From an uncultured Gemmatimonadales bacterium (lineage in GTDB: Bacteria; Gemmatimonadota; Gemmatimonadetes; Gemmatimonadales; GWC2-71-9): a DNA stretch of 64,000 nt. Of the stretch, positions 1 to 10,176 are shown piece after piece; within the stretch, counting starts at the first letter, position 1, and each line of letters starts with the position of its first letter. The notes under the pieces are model-generated. The model was not told the DNA's origin. It was given only the letters and a program-made list of their open reading frames with translations, and made no database searches. The DNA lies in NCBI GenBank assembly GCA_963730185.1, contig CAVSQW010000008.1, positions 384,001 through 448,000 on the forward strand, written 5' to 3'. A program made the translations under genes and the position numbers.

Positions 1-1683
<1,683 letters not shown>

Positions 1684-1827
1684 GCCCGAAAACTAGGCTC
1701 CCCGCCACCCCCGCCGCCAACCCGTGAGCCGTTCCCACGATCCTGCCCGCCCATCGAGCCGGGCTCCCCTCCCCGCTATACTTCGCGCCTCGACCGCGAT
1801 CCCCCAACTCAGCGGAGCCTTCGACCC

Positions 1828-3048
1828 ATGCCTTTCGCGCTCGCCCTGCTGCTCGTCCTCGCCGGCCCCGGCCCGGATCGTCCCGCCCCGCCGCCCTGCG
1901 ACGCGGACAACGGGGGCCTCACCCTGCCGGCCGGATTCTGCGCCCTGGTGGTGGCCGAGAATCTGCCCGGTATCCGGCACCTGGCCGTGGCCCCCAACGG
2001 CGACCTCTTCGTCGCCCGCCAGGGCCGCTCGGGTGGGGTCATGGCCCTCCGCGACGCCAACGGCGACGGCAAGGCCGAGGTGGTCGAGACGTTCTTCAAG
2101 GGAGCGGGAGGGAGCGGGCTCGTGCTCGATGGGAACGCCCTGATCTTCTCCACCGACGACAGCGTGCTCCGCTTTCCGACCAGGCCCGGCGAGCTGACCC
2201 CGGCGGGCCCGCCGGTCACCATCGCGCGCAACCTGCCTCCCGGTGGGCATTCGGCCAAGGGGCTAGCCCTCGACGGAGACTACCTGTTCGTGTCCTTCGG
2301 CTCCCTCACCAACAGCTGCCAGGAGGCCGCCGAGGATCGACGCGGACCGTACCCCGGCGTCATGCCCTGTCCCGAGCTTCCCGTCCGGGCCGGCATTTGG
2401 CGTTTCTCTGCCTCCATCCCAGGACAGACCCCGAGCGACGCCGCCCACTGGGGCACAGGGATGCGGAACCCGATGTCGATGGCCGTCCAGCCCGGGACCG
2501 GCACGCTCTACACCGTGATCCACGGGCGCGATCAACTGGCCGAGAACTGGAAATGGCCGGCCGAGGACGGGCGGGAGAACCCGGCCGAGGAGTTCGGACC
2601 GGTGCCCGAGGGAGCGGACTACGGTTGGCCCTACTGCTTCTACAACCCCCGGACCCACCAGAAGCTCCTGAACCCGGAGTACGGCGGCGATGGCAAACAG
2701 GCCGGGGACTGTGGCCGGAAGGCCCAGCCGGCCGTAGCCTTTCCGGCCCACTGGGCCCCGGACGACCTCCTGTTCTACACCGGCGACAGGTTCGGCCCGG
2801 CCTACCGGGACGGAGCCTTCATCGCCTTCCACGGGTCATGGAACCGGGCTCCCGCGCCCCAGCAGGGGTACCGGGTGGTCTTCGTGCCGTTCACCGACGG
2901 CAAGGCGGCGGGCACCTGGCAGGATTTCGCCGTTCCGGCGACCTCGCCGACGGCCATCCGGCCGACCGGCCTGGCCCAGGGCCCCGACGGCTCGCTCTAT
3001 CTCACGGCCGACGCTCAGGGCAAGATCTGGCGGATCGTGAAGCAGTAG
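1828..3048 (+). CDS. PQQ-dependent sugar/sorbosone dehydrogenase family beta-propeller protein, secreted
   Basis: ATG 1828 begins a hydrophobic signal (MPFALALLLVLAG). Motifs LTLPAGF, GMRNP, DYGWPYC, AHWAP, AFHGSWNR, RPTGLAQGPDGSLY. The upstream part of ORF 34..3048 is only the antisense shadow of ettA. Confidence 0.85.
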   Translation: MPFALALLLVLAGPGPDRPAPPPCDADNGGLTLPAGFCALVVAENLPGIRHLAVAPNGDLFVARQGRSGGVMALRDANGDGKAEVVETFFKGAGGSGLVLDGNALIFSTDDSVLRFPTRPGELTPAGPPVTIARNLPPGGHSAKGLALDGDYLFVSFGSLTNSCQEAAEDRRGPYPGVMPCPELPVRAGIWRFSASIPGQTPSDAAHWGTGMRNPMSMAVQPGTGTLYTVIHGRDQLAENWKWPAEDGRENPAEEFGPVPEGADYGWPYCFYNPRTHQKLLNPEYGGDGKQAGDCGRKAQPAVAFPAHWAPDDLLFYTGDRFGPAYRDGAFIAFHGSWNRAPAPQQGYRVVFVPFTDGKAAGTWQDFAVPATSPTAIRPTGLAQGPDGSLYLTADAQGKIWRIVKQ

Positions 3049-3092
3049 TCATATTGAAGGGGTCGGTCGACTCGAACCTCGGAGGTAGGATC

Positions 3093-3656
3093 GTGAACCG
3101 CATTGGTGTCCTCGCCCTCTCGGCCGCCGCCCTGGCGATGGCCGGCACGGCGCGAGCCCAGGATCGTCCCACGCCGCTCGAAGTCGGTGTCGAGGCTCCC
3201 GGGTTCACGCTCAAGGGCGCCACGATGGCCGGCCTGCTCGATCAGCCGGTCAGCCTGTCCGACTTCAAGGGCCAGACGGTCGTCCTGGCCTTCTTCTACA
3301 AGGCCAGGACCAAGGGCTGAACGGTCCAAATGGACGCGTACCGTGATCAGTACGCGACGCTCTTCAACGGTGGCAAGGGAGTCCAGGTCCTGGCAATCAG
3401 CGTGGACCCCGACACGGCACAGGCCAGCTGGGCCGCCGACAAGAAGTACCCGGTCACCTTCCTCAGCGATCCCGGCGCCGAGGTCGGCACCGCCTACCAC
3501 GTGGTGGTGGACTTCCGCGGCACCAAGCTCGATTCCCGGGTGGTGTACGTGATCGGCCCGGACGGGAAGATCGCCCACGTGATGGCGCCCTTCCGCGAAG
3601 TCGACCCGACGGCGTACACGGAGCTCGGCCAAGCGGTCGAGGCGGCACGACAGTGA
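3093..3656 (+). CDS. Secreted peroxiredoxin (BCP/AhpC-TSA-like) selenoprotein, Sec encoded by TGA 3318-3320
   Basis: GGAGG at 3081 and GTG at 3093. Signal peptide ends ARA|Q. Reads VSLSDFKGQTVVLAFFYKARTKG*TVQMD in frame with ORF 3330..3656 (LAISVD, FLSDPG, SRVVYVIGPDGKI). The TGA sits at the TxxC peroxidatic position. Confidence 0.85.
3335..3356 (+). promoter_or_regulatory. Candidate bacterial SECIS hairpin
   Basis: CGCGTAC-(CGTGATCA)-GTACGCG: perfect 7-bp stem starting 14 nt after the UGA, with G at the second loop position. Confidence 0.7.
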
Positions 3657-3761
3657 ATGGTGGGTAGGGAATAGGGAATAGGGAGTGAGTAGGCGGTAGC
3701 GGAGTGGTCCCCTATCGCCTACTCACTACTCACTTCCGAGTCACCACTCACCGCTCCCCAC
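3657..3761. repeat. Degenerate heptamer tandem repeat with inverted repeat at a convergent junction (copy 1)
   Basis: TAGGGAA-TAGGGAA-TAGGGAG, then CTCACTA/GTCACCA/CTCACCG/CTCCCCA units. Inverted repeat 3684-3699 / 3712-3727. Confidence 0.8.
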
Positions 3762-5006
3762 TCACCCCGCCCCAATCACTCGCTTCAACGCCTCCAAGGT
3801 CGCCTCCACCTCGATCACCGCCCCGCTGATGTCCCGGGTCAGGATTTCGGGATCCTTGAGCACGTGACCGGTCAGGATGGTCACGGCGCGCTCGTCCCGG
3901 CGCACGACCCCCTCCCGCACCAGTTGGCGGAGTCCGGCCACCGAGGCCGCGCTCGCCGGCTCGCAGCCCACCCCAGCCCGATCGACGACCTGCTTGGCTT
4001 CCAGGATCTCCTCGTCGGTCACCGAGGTCACCACCCCGTCGGTGAGCCGGATCGCGTCGACCGCGCGCTCGAACGACGCCGGGTTCCCGATCCGGATCGC
4101 GGTCGCCACCGTCTCGGCCGTGACCCGGTGCCGGGTCGCGAAGCCTTCCGCGAAGCTCCGCGCGAACGGCGCCGCCCCCGCGGCCTGGATCGCGGCGATC
4201 CGGGGCAGCCGGTCGATCAGCCCGGCCGCGCGGGCCTCGGCCAGCGCCTTCCCGAAGGCCGAGGTGTTCCCGAGGTTCCCGGCTGGCAGCACGATCCAGT
4301 CGGGCGGGTCCCACCCCAGCTGGTCGAGCAACTCGAAGACGATCGCCTTCTGTCCCTCGAGCCGGAACGGGTTGATGCTGTTGAGGAGGTAGAGTCCCAG
4401 CTCGGCGCCCCCCCGGTCCACCAGCTCGAGGCAGGCGTCGAAGTCGCCGCGAACCGCCGCGATCCGGGCGCCGTACGCCACGGTTTGCGCCAGCTTGCCG
4501 AGCGCGATCTTGCCGGCCGGGATCAGCACCACCGCGCGGAGCCCGGCCGCGGCGGCGTAGGCGGCCATCGACGCCGCCGTGTTACCGGTCGAGGCGCAGG
4601 TCACCGCCCGGGCCCCCAGGCGCCGGGCGTGGGTCACCCCGACGGTCATCCCCCGGTCCTTGAACGACCCGGTCGGGTTCAGCCCCTCGTGCTTGAGCAG
4701 GAGGTTGCCCAGGCCGGCCCAGTGGGACACCGCCTCTCGGTGGAGGAGCGGGGTGTTGCCTTCGGGGAAGCTCACGATCTCGTGATCGGCGGCCAGGGGA
4801 TACACCAGCTCCCGGTAGCGCCAGACCCCCGAGGTGGCCGGGCCGGTGCGGGCCGAGCGCCGGATCTCGAACTGGTGCCGCAGGGCGGCGCCTGGTCCGG
4901 CGCCGTCGTGCCGGACCTCCAGCAGGCCGCCGCACTCGCAGCGGGTCCGGGTCGTCGCCGGGTCGAGGGCCAGCCCGCAGGCCCGGCACCGCAGAGTGGT
5001 CGTCAT
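3762..5006 (-). CDS. thrC: Threonine synthase
   Basis: MTTTLRCRACG Zn-ribbon N-terminus, EGNTPL, KHEGLNPTGSFKDRG (PLP lysine), ASTGNT, PAGNLGN. Start overlaps the thrB stop (ATGA). Confidence 0.92.
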   Translation of the reverse strand: MTTTLRCRACGLALDPATTRTRCECGGLLEVRHDGAGPGAALRHQFEIRRSARTGPATSGVWRYRELVYPLAADHEIVSFPEGNTPLLHREAVSHWAGLGNLLLKHEGLNPTGSFKDRGMTVGVTHARRLGARAVTCASTGNTAASMAAYAAAAGLRAVVLIPAGKIALGKLAQTVAYGARIAAVRGDFDACLELVDRGGAELGLYLLNSINPFRLEGQKAIVFELLDQLGWDPPDWIVLPAGNLGNTSAFGKALAEARAAGLIDRLPRIAAIQAAGAAPFARSFAEGFATRHRVTAETVATAIRIGNPASFERAVDAIRLTDGVVTSVTDEEILEAKQVVDRAGVGCEPASAASVAGLRQLVREGVVRRDERAVTILTGHVLKDPEILTRDISGAVIEVEATLEALKRVIGAG

Positions 5007-5926
5007 CGAGGCCTGGCCCCTTCCCGGTCTGGTCGCGCGATGCGGATGGTGGCGGTGACGCCGGCCCGGCGGTAGGCGCGCTCCATGGCGGCACCGATCC
5101 GGAGGGCGGCGGCCCGGCTCCCGGTCACCGCGAATGCAGTGGGGCCGCTCCCGGAGATCGAGCAGCCATACGCCCCGGCTCGGAGCGCGGCGCGCTTGGC
5201 CGCCTCGAATCCGGGCAGCAAGCCCGATCGGGCCGGCTCCGCGATCCGGTCCTGGATCGCCCGGCCGAAGCGTTCCACGTCGTTGGTGCCGGCGGCCGCG
5301 ACCATCGTCGCGATGCTGGCGGCCTGGGCCAGGGCGATCTCCCGCGTCACGGTCCGGGGCAGCACCGAACGCCCCCGGCGAGTGGCCAGCTGGTAGTCGG
5401 GGCTGGCCAGGACGATGACCAGGCCATGAGGCGGCTCCAGGCGGATCACCTCGGGTGGGTCCATCCCGACCACCAGAACCAGGCCCCCCAGGAGCGAGGG
5501 CGCGATGTTGTCGAGGTGGCGCCCGGCGACCCTCGCTTCCGCCGCCAGCGCTGCCCGGAGCAGCCCCGGGATGCCCAGGGGCCGCCCGACCAACCGATTG
5601 GCCGCCACCGCCCCGGCCACGGCGCTCGCGGCGCTGCCGCCCTGGCCACCGGCCAGCGGGAGCCCCTTCTCCAGGCGGAGCTGGAGACCGATCCGTCCCC
5701 GAGGCCCTGCCAGCCGGAGTGCCGCCCGGGCCGCGATTGCCGCGGCGTGGCGGGTCGGAGAGCGAGGCAGATCGGGGTGCCCGGGGTCGGCGACCACGAT
5801 CCGCCGTCCCGGTACCCGGGTCGCCGTGACCGTGTCGCCGGCGCCGCTCAGGGCCAGGCCCAGAATGTCGAGCCCCGGGCCGACGTTGCCGATCGAGCCC
5901 GGGACGTAAACGCGCGTCTGGTTCAT
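5003..5926 (-). CDS. thrB: Homoserine kinase (GHMP family)
   Basis: PGSIGNVGPGLDILGLAL, KGLPLAGGQGGSAAS, HLDNIAP, ISGSGPT; adjacent to thrC. Confidence 0.9.
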   Translation of the reverse strand: MNQTRVYVPGSIGNVGPGLDILGLALSGAGDTVTATRVPGRRIVVADPGHPDLPRSPTRHAAAIAARAALRLAGPRGRIGLQLRLEKGLPLAGGQGGSAASAVAGAVAANRLVGRPLGIPGLLRAALAAEARVAGRHLDNIAPSLLGGLVLVVGMDPPEVIRLEPPHGLVIVLASPDYQLATRRGRSVLPRTVTREIALAQAASIATMVAAAGTNDVERFGRAIQDRIAEPARSGLLPGFEAAKRAALRAGAYGCSISGSGPTAFAVTGSRAAALRIGAAMERAYRRAGVTATIRIARPDREGARPR

Positions 5927-6101
5927 GGCTGGAAAGTAGAGGCCTCCCGGTGGGCAAGTCCACGCGCGGTGAGATCCGCATGAGGCGGAATTCAGGAAGG
6001 CCTCGCCCTCGCTTCACTATCGAGCGTCTAGCTCTCTTTGCGTCGCGAGAATCCTCGTATAGATTCGCGTCGCCTTTCCATACTCTTCCGAGCGAGGTGT
6101 C

Positions 6102-7208
6102 ATGCGCATTGGAGTCCTCCGGGAAACGGCGCCCGGTGAACGTCGGGTCGCGGTGATTCCCGCGACGGTCCAGCGCCTCGTCAAGCAGCAACATGAGGTG
6201 TTGGTCGAGCGCGGAGCCGGAACCAGCGCGTTCTTTCCCGATTCTCAGTATCAGGACGCCGGCGCCCGGGTGGTGGACTCGGCGGCGGCGGTGCTCGAAG
6301 GGGCCCAGGTGGTGGTCAAGGTCCAGCGTCCGTCGCTCGAGGAGATCGGGCGGTTCCGCGCGGGATCGATCCTCGTGTCGCTTCTGGCGCCGCACGCGTC
6401 GGCCGCCGAGTTGAAGGCGCTGGCCGAGCGGAAGGTGACGGCGTTGGCGCTGGAGCTGGTCCCGCGTACCACGAAGGCCCAGGCGATGGACATCCTCTCG
6501 TCGCAGGCGACCGTGGCGGGGTATCAGGCGGTGCTCCTCGGCGCGACCAAGCTGGGGCGGCTCCTCCCCATGCTCACCACCGCCGCCGGCACCCTCACGC
6601 CGGCCAAGACGTTCATCATCGGAGCCGGCGTCGCCGGGCTCCAGGCCATCGCCACCGCGCGCCGGCTCGGCGCGGTCGTCTCCGCCTTCGACGTCCGTCC
6701 GGTCGTCAAGGAACAGGTGCAGAGCCTGGGAGCGACGTTCGTCGAGGTCGACGCGGCGGCCGAAGGATCCGGCGGCTACGCAAAGGAGCTGGCGGAAGAT
6801 GCGCAGAAGAAAGTGCTCGCCGCCATCGGCAAGCAGGTCGCGGACATGGATCTCGTGATCACCACGGCGGCGATTCCCGGCAAGCCCGCGCCTCGGCTCA
6901 TCACGGCCGACATGGTCAAGGCCATGCGGCCGGGATCGGTCATCATGGACCTCGCCGCCGAGAGCGGCGGCAACTGCGAGCTCACCCGGGTCGGCGAGGA
7001 CGTCGTGGTCGACGGCGTGACCGTCTCGGGTCCGGCGAACTTGGCCGCCACCCTGCCCAACCACGCCAGCTTCATGTTCAGCCGTAACGTCCAGGCGCTC
7101 CTCGAGCATGGTCAGAAGGACGGCGCGTTCGTCGTCGATCTCGAGGATCCGATTCTCGGCCCCATGTGCGTCACGCACGATGGCGCCGTCACCTACGGGA
7201 GGAACTGA
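6102..7208 (+). CDS. pntAA: NAD(P) transhydrogenase alpha subunit, part 1 (dI)
   Basis: MRIGVLRETAPGERRVA, GAGVAGLQAIATARRLGA, GGYAKEL, DLAAESGGNC. Confidence 0.93.
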   Translation: MRIGVLRETAPGERRVAVIPATVQRLVKQQHEVLVERGAGTSAFFPDSQYQDAGARVVDSAAAVLEGAQVVVKVQRPSLEEIGRFRAGSILVSLLAPHASAAELKALAERKVTALALELVPRTTKAQAMDILSSQATVAGYQAVLLGATKLGRLLPMLTTAAGTLTPAKTFIIGAGVAGLQAIATARRLGAVVSAFDVRPVVKEQVQSLGATFVEVDAAAEGSGGYAKELAEDAQKKVLAAIGKQVADMDLVITTAAIPGKPAPRLITADMVKAMRPGSVIMDLAAESGGNCELTRVGEDVVVDGVTVSGPANLAATLPNHASFMFSRNVQALLEHGQKDGAFVVDLEDPILGPMCVTHDGAVTYGRN

Positions 7209-7211
7209 CCC

Positions 7212-7505
7212 GTGGAAATGCTGATCACCAGCATCGTCATCTTCGTGCTTGCCACGTTCCTGGGCGTCGAGCTGATCCATCGAGTGCCCACCATCCTCCA
7301 CACGCCCCTGATGTCGGGGGCCAACGCGATCAGCGGCATTACCATCGCCGGCGCCCTGATCGTCGCCGGCGGAGATCACGGCTGGATCTCGACCGTGCTC
7401 GGCTTCCTGGCGGTCGTGTTCGCGATGATCAACGTGGCCGGCGGTTACACCGTCACCGACCGGATGCTCCAGATGTTCAAGCCGGACTCGGAGCAGAAAT
7501 CATGA
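7212..7505 (+). CDS. pntAB: NAD(P) transhydrogenase alpha subunit, part 2
   Basis: LHTPLMSGANAISGI, INVAGGYTVTDRMLQMF. Confidence 0.93.
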   Translation: MEMLITSIVIFVLATFLGVELIHRVPTILHTPLMSGANAISGITIAGALIVAGGDHGWISTVLGFLAVVFAMINVAGGYTVTDRMLQMFKPDSEQKS

Positions 7506-8887
7506 GCCCCGCGATCTCGCAGATCTCCTACCTGGTCGCGTCGGTCTGCTTCATCGTCGGCCTCAGGTGGCTGGGCAGCCCGGCCACCGCGGTCAAAGGC
7601 AACCGCCTCTCGTCGATCGGGATGCTCATCGCGATCGTGGTCACCCTCCTCGATCGCTCGATCGTCTCCTACCAGGTCATCATCGCCGGCCTGGTGGTCG
7701 GCGGGGGCCTGGGGCTCTGGATGGCCAAGACGGTCAAGATGACGTCGATGCCGCAGATGGTGGCCCTCCTGAACGGCCTGGGAGGCGGCGCCTCGCTGGT
7801 CGTGGGCGGCGCCGAGTTCCTCAAGTCCGAGCTGATCGGGCAGCACCTGCCGCTCAACACGTCGATCGCCATGCAGGCCACCCTGCTGGTCGGGTCGGTC
7901 ACCCTCACCGGCAGCCTGATCGCCTGGGCCAAGCTCCAGGAAGTCATGACCGGGCGGGCCATCACCTTCCCCGGGCAGAAGGCGCTCAACGCCCTGCTGT
8001 TCCTGACCGTGGTGGTGCTGGCGGTCTACCAGGTCACGGTCCCGCAGTCGCTGCTCTGGCCGTTCTACCTGGTGGTCGGCGTGTCGCTCGTCCTGGGCGT
8101 GCTGCTGACCATCCCGATCGGCGGCGCCGACATGCCGGTGGTGATCTCGCTGCTCAACTCGTACTCCGGCATCGCCGCCGCGATGACGGGCTTCGTGATC
8201 AACAACGAGGTCCTGATCATCGCCGGCGCCTTGGTCGGCTCGAGCGGCATCATCCTGAGCCAGATCATGTGCAAGGCGATGAACCGCTCGCTCGCCAACG
8301 TGCTGTTCGGCGCCTTCGGCGCCGCCGCCAAGTCCACCAAGAGCGCCGAAGGGCTCACCGCCCGTCAGGTCAACGCCGAAGACGCCGCGGTCCAGCTCGC
8401 CTACGCCCGCACCGTGATCGTGATCCCCGGCTACGGCCTGGCGGTCGCCCAGGCCCAGCACCTGGTCCGGGAAATGGCCGACCTGGTCGAGAAGAAGGGT
8501 GGCGAGGTGAAGTACGCCATCCACCCGGTCGCGGGCCGGATGCCGGGCCACATGAACGTGCTCCTGGCCGAGGCGAACGTGCCCTACGACAAGCTGTACG
8601 ACATGGACCAGATCAACAGCGAGTTCGAGCGGGCCGACGTGGCCCTGGTGATCGGCGCCAACGACGTCGTGAACCCGGCCGCCCGGACCGACCCGTCCAG
8701 TCCCATTTACGGCATGCCGATCCTCAACGCCGACCAGGCCAAGTCGATCATCGTGCTCAAGCGCGGCATGGGCGCCGGGTTTGCCGGGATCGAGAACGAG
8801 CTCTTCTTCAATCCCAAGACCGCCATGCTCTTCGGCGACGCAAAGGCGTCCCTCACCAAGGTCGTCAACGAGCTGAAGACGATGTAG
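7502..8887 (+). CDS. pntB: NAD(P) transhydrogenase beta subunit
   Basis: ATG 7502. MPQMVALLNGLGG, IGGADMPVVISLLNSYSG, HPVAGRMPGHMNVLLAEA, GANDVVNPAA. Confidence 0.95.
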   Translation: MSPAISQISYLVASVCFIVGLRWLGSPATAVKGNRLSSIGMLIAIVVTLLDRSIVSYQVIIAGLVVGGGLGLWMAKTVKMTSMPQMVALLNGLGGGASLVVGGAEFLKSELIGQHLPLNTSIAMQATLLVGSVTLTGSLIAWAKLQEVMTGRAITFPGQKALNALLFLTVVVLAVYQVTVPQSLLWPFYLVVGVSLVLGVLLTIPIGGADMPVVISLLNSYSGIAAAMTGFVINNEVLIIAGALVGSSGIILSQIMCKAMNRSLANVLFGAFGAAAKSTKSAEGLTARQVNAEDAAVQLAYARTVIVIPGYGLAVAQAQHLVREMADLVEKKGGEVKYAIHPVAGRMPGHMNVLLAEANVPYDKLYDMDQINSEFERADVALVIGANDVVNPAARTDPSSPIYGMPILNADQAKSIIVLKRGMGAGFAGIENELFFNPKTAMLFGDAKASLTKVVNELKTM

Positions 8888-9054
8888 CGGGCGAGGGCCG
8901 TTCATCCCCTGTGTCCCCGGCGCTTGTCCAGGCGTCTCCTCATCGGCGACCCTCGGGTGGGGCACCGGGGTCAGGGCACTGCCGATCTGGCGGGTCGAAC
9001 TGGATGAAACTTGGCGCGGGATAGGACCCGTATTGCCGAGTGTGGTTGTCGGAG

Positions 9055-9210
9055 ATGTGGCGAAAATGCGCAAACCCATATTTCCGATAGGTTTAGCTAA
9101 GTTGTTGGATTTTATTGCGTTAGGTTGTATATTGTGATCTTGTTGGGGACGGTTCTTTTCGGGGTACATTCGGACCTCAGGTGCTGGTTCCCCCTTAACT
9201 AAGTGGAGGT
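9055..9210 (+). promoter_or_regulatory. AT-rich upstream regulatory region and RBS of the sigma factor gene
   Basis: Clear drop in GC content; GGAGGT at 9205-9210 before GTG 9216; two imperfect inverted repeats. Confidence 0.5.
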
Positions 9211-9215
9211 TCAGA

Positions 9216-10106
9216 GTGACTCTTCCTCGTGCGAAGCGCCGGGCGGCTCGTCCTGCCCAGATCGCCCGTGCGGTGGATGAGGGCCGCGAGAGCCTTGACC
9301 TGTACCTGGACGAAATTTCCAGGGTGCCGCTGCTGAGCCGCGACGAGGAGATGGAGCTCGCGCGCAAGGCGTTCCGCGGAAACGTGGCGGCGCAGGAAAA
9401 ACTGGCTCGCCATAACGTGCGCTTCGTCGTGTCGGTGGCTAAGAAGTTCCAGAACCGGGGCGTGCCTCTCGTCGACCTGATCGGCGAAGGCAACCTTGGC
9501 CTCATGACCGCGGCCCGAAAGTTCGACCCCGATCGCGGGGTCAAGTTCATCTCGTACGCAGTGTGGTGGATCCGCCAGGCGGTCCAGGCCGCGATCGCGC
9601 GCCATGGCCGTCCCGTGCGGGTGCCCCTCAACCGGACGGCCGACCTGAGCCGACTCGGACGGACCACGACGCTCCTCAAGGAGCGTCTCGGGCGGATGCC
9701 CACCACCGAGGAGCTCGCGCGGGCCACCGGCCTGACCCCCGAGGCGGTACGGAGCCTGTCGGCTCTCAACTCGGAGGCGGTGCGGCTCGATCACCCCACC
9801 CGGGACGGCGACGGCAACGAGCGGATGGAGCGCTTTGCCTCCGTCGACCAGGAGGGCACCGACAGCTCGGCCCTGGCCAACAGCCAGACCCAGGACATCG
9901 AGGCGGCGCTGGCCACGCTGCCGCCGCGCGATGCCAAGGTGCTCCGGCTCTATTTTGGACTCGAGGACGGCAACAGCAGGACCCTCGAGGAGATCGGCCG
10001 GATGATGGGAGTCACTCGCGAGCGGATCCGTCAGCTCCGCGACCGGGCGCTCCAGCGGCTGCGCGAAGGCGAAACCGGCGAGCGGCTCAAGGATCTCGTA
10101 GCCTGA
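9216..10106 (+). CDS. Sigma-70 family RNA polymerase sigma factor, short RpoD/SigA-like, no region 1.1
   Basis: LDLYLDEISRVPLL (1.2), NVRFVVSVAKKF, DLIGEGNLGL, KFISYAVWWIRQA (2.3-2.4), TLEEIGRMMGVTRERIRQ (4.2). Confidence 0.92.
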   Translation: MTLPRAKRRAARPAQIARAVDEGRESLDLYLDEISRVPLLSRDEEMELARKAFRGNVAAQEKLARHNVRFVVSVAKKFQNRGVPLVDLIGEGNLGLMTAARKFDPDRGVKFISYAVWWIRQAVQAAIARHGRPVRVPLNRTADLSRLGRTTTLLKERLGRMPTTEELARATGLTPEAVRSLSALNSEAVRLDHPTRDGDGNERMERFASVDQEGTDSSALANSQTQDIEAALATLPPRDAKVLRLYFGLEDGNSRTLEEIGRMMGVTRERIRQLRDRALQRLREGETGERLKDLVA

Positions 10107-10130
10107 CCTGATCCGCCGACCGGTGCGTTG

Positions 10131-10170
10131 AAACGACGAGGGGAGCCCAACGGCTCCCCTCGTCGCTTTC
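10131..10170. terminator. Probable bidirectional intrinsic terminator
   Basis: Perfect 14-bp stem CGACGAGGGGAGCC-caac-GGCTCCCCTCGTCG flanked by AAA and TTT, between convergent genes. Confidence 0.8.
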
Positions 10171-10176
10171 GGGCTC

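Noticed and set aside
3318..3320. TGA as a nonsense mutation (pseudogene)
   Set aside because: It falls exactly on the catalytic residue, has a SECIS-like hairpin downstream, and the rest of the gene is intact; selenocysteine is the simpler explanation.
9115..9142. dif-like site (central TGTATA followed by TT)
   Set aside because: The XerC and XerD arms match the E. coli dif consensus poorly (about half of the XerD arm).
5007..9769. Very long minus-strand ORF extensions (3762..7379 beyond thrC; 7445..9769) and similar Arg/Pro/Gly-rich ORFs throughout
   Set aside because: They overlap well-supported genes in other frames and have no recognisable motifs; GC codon-bias artefacts.
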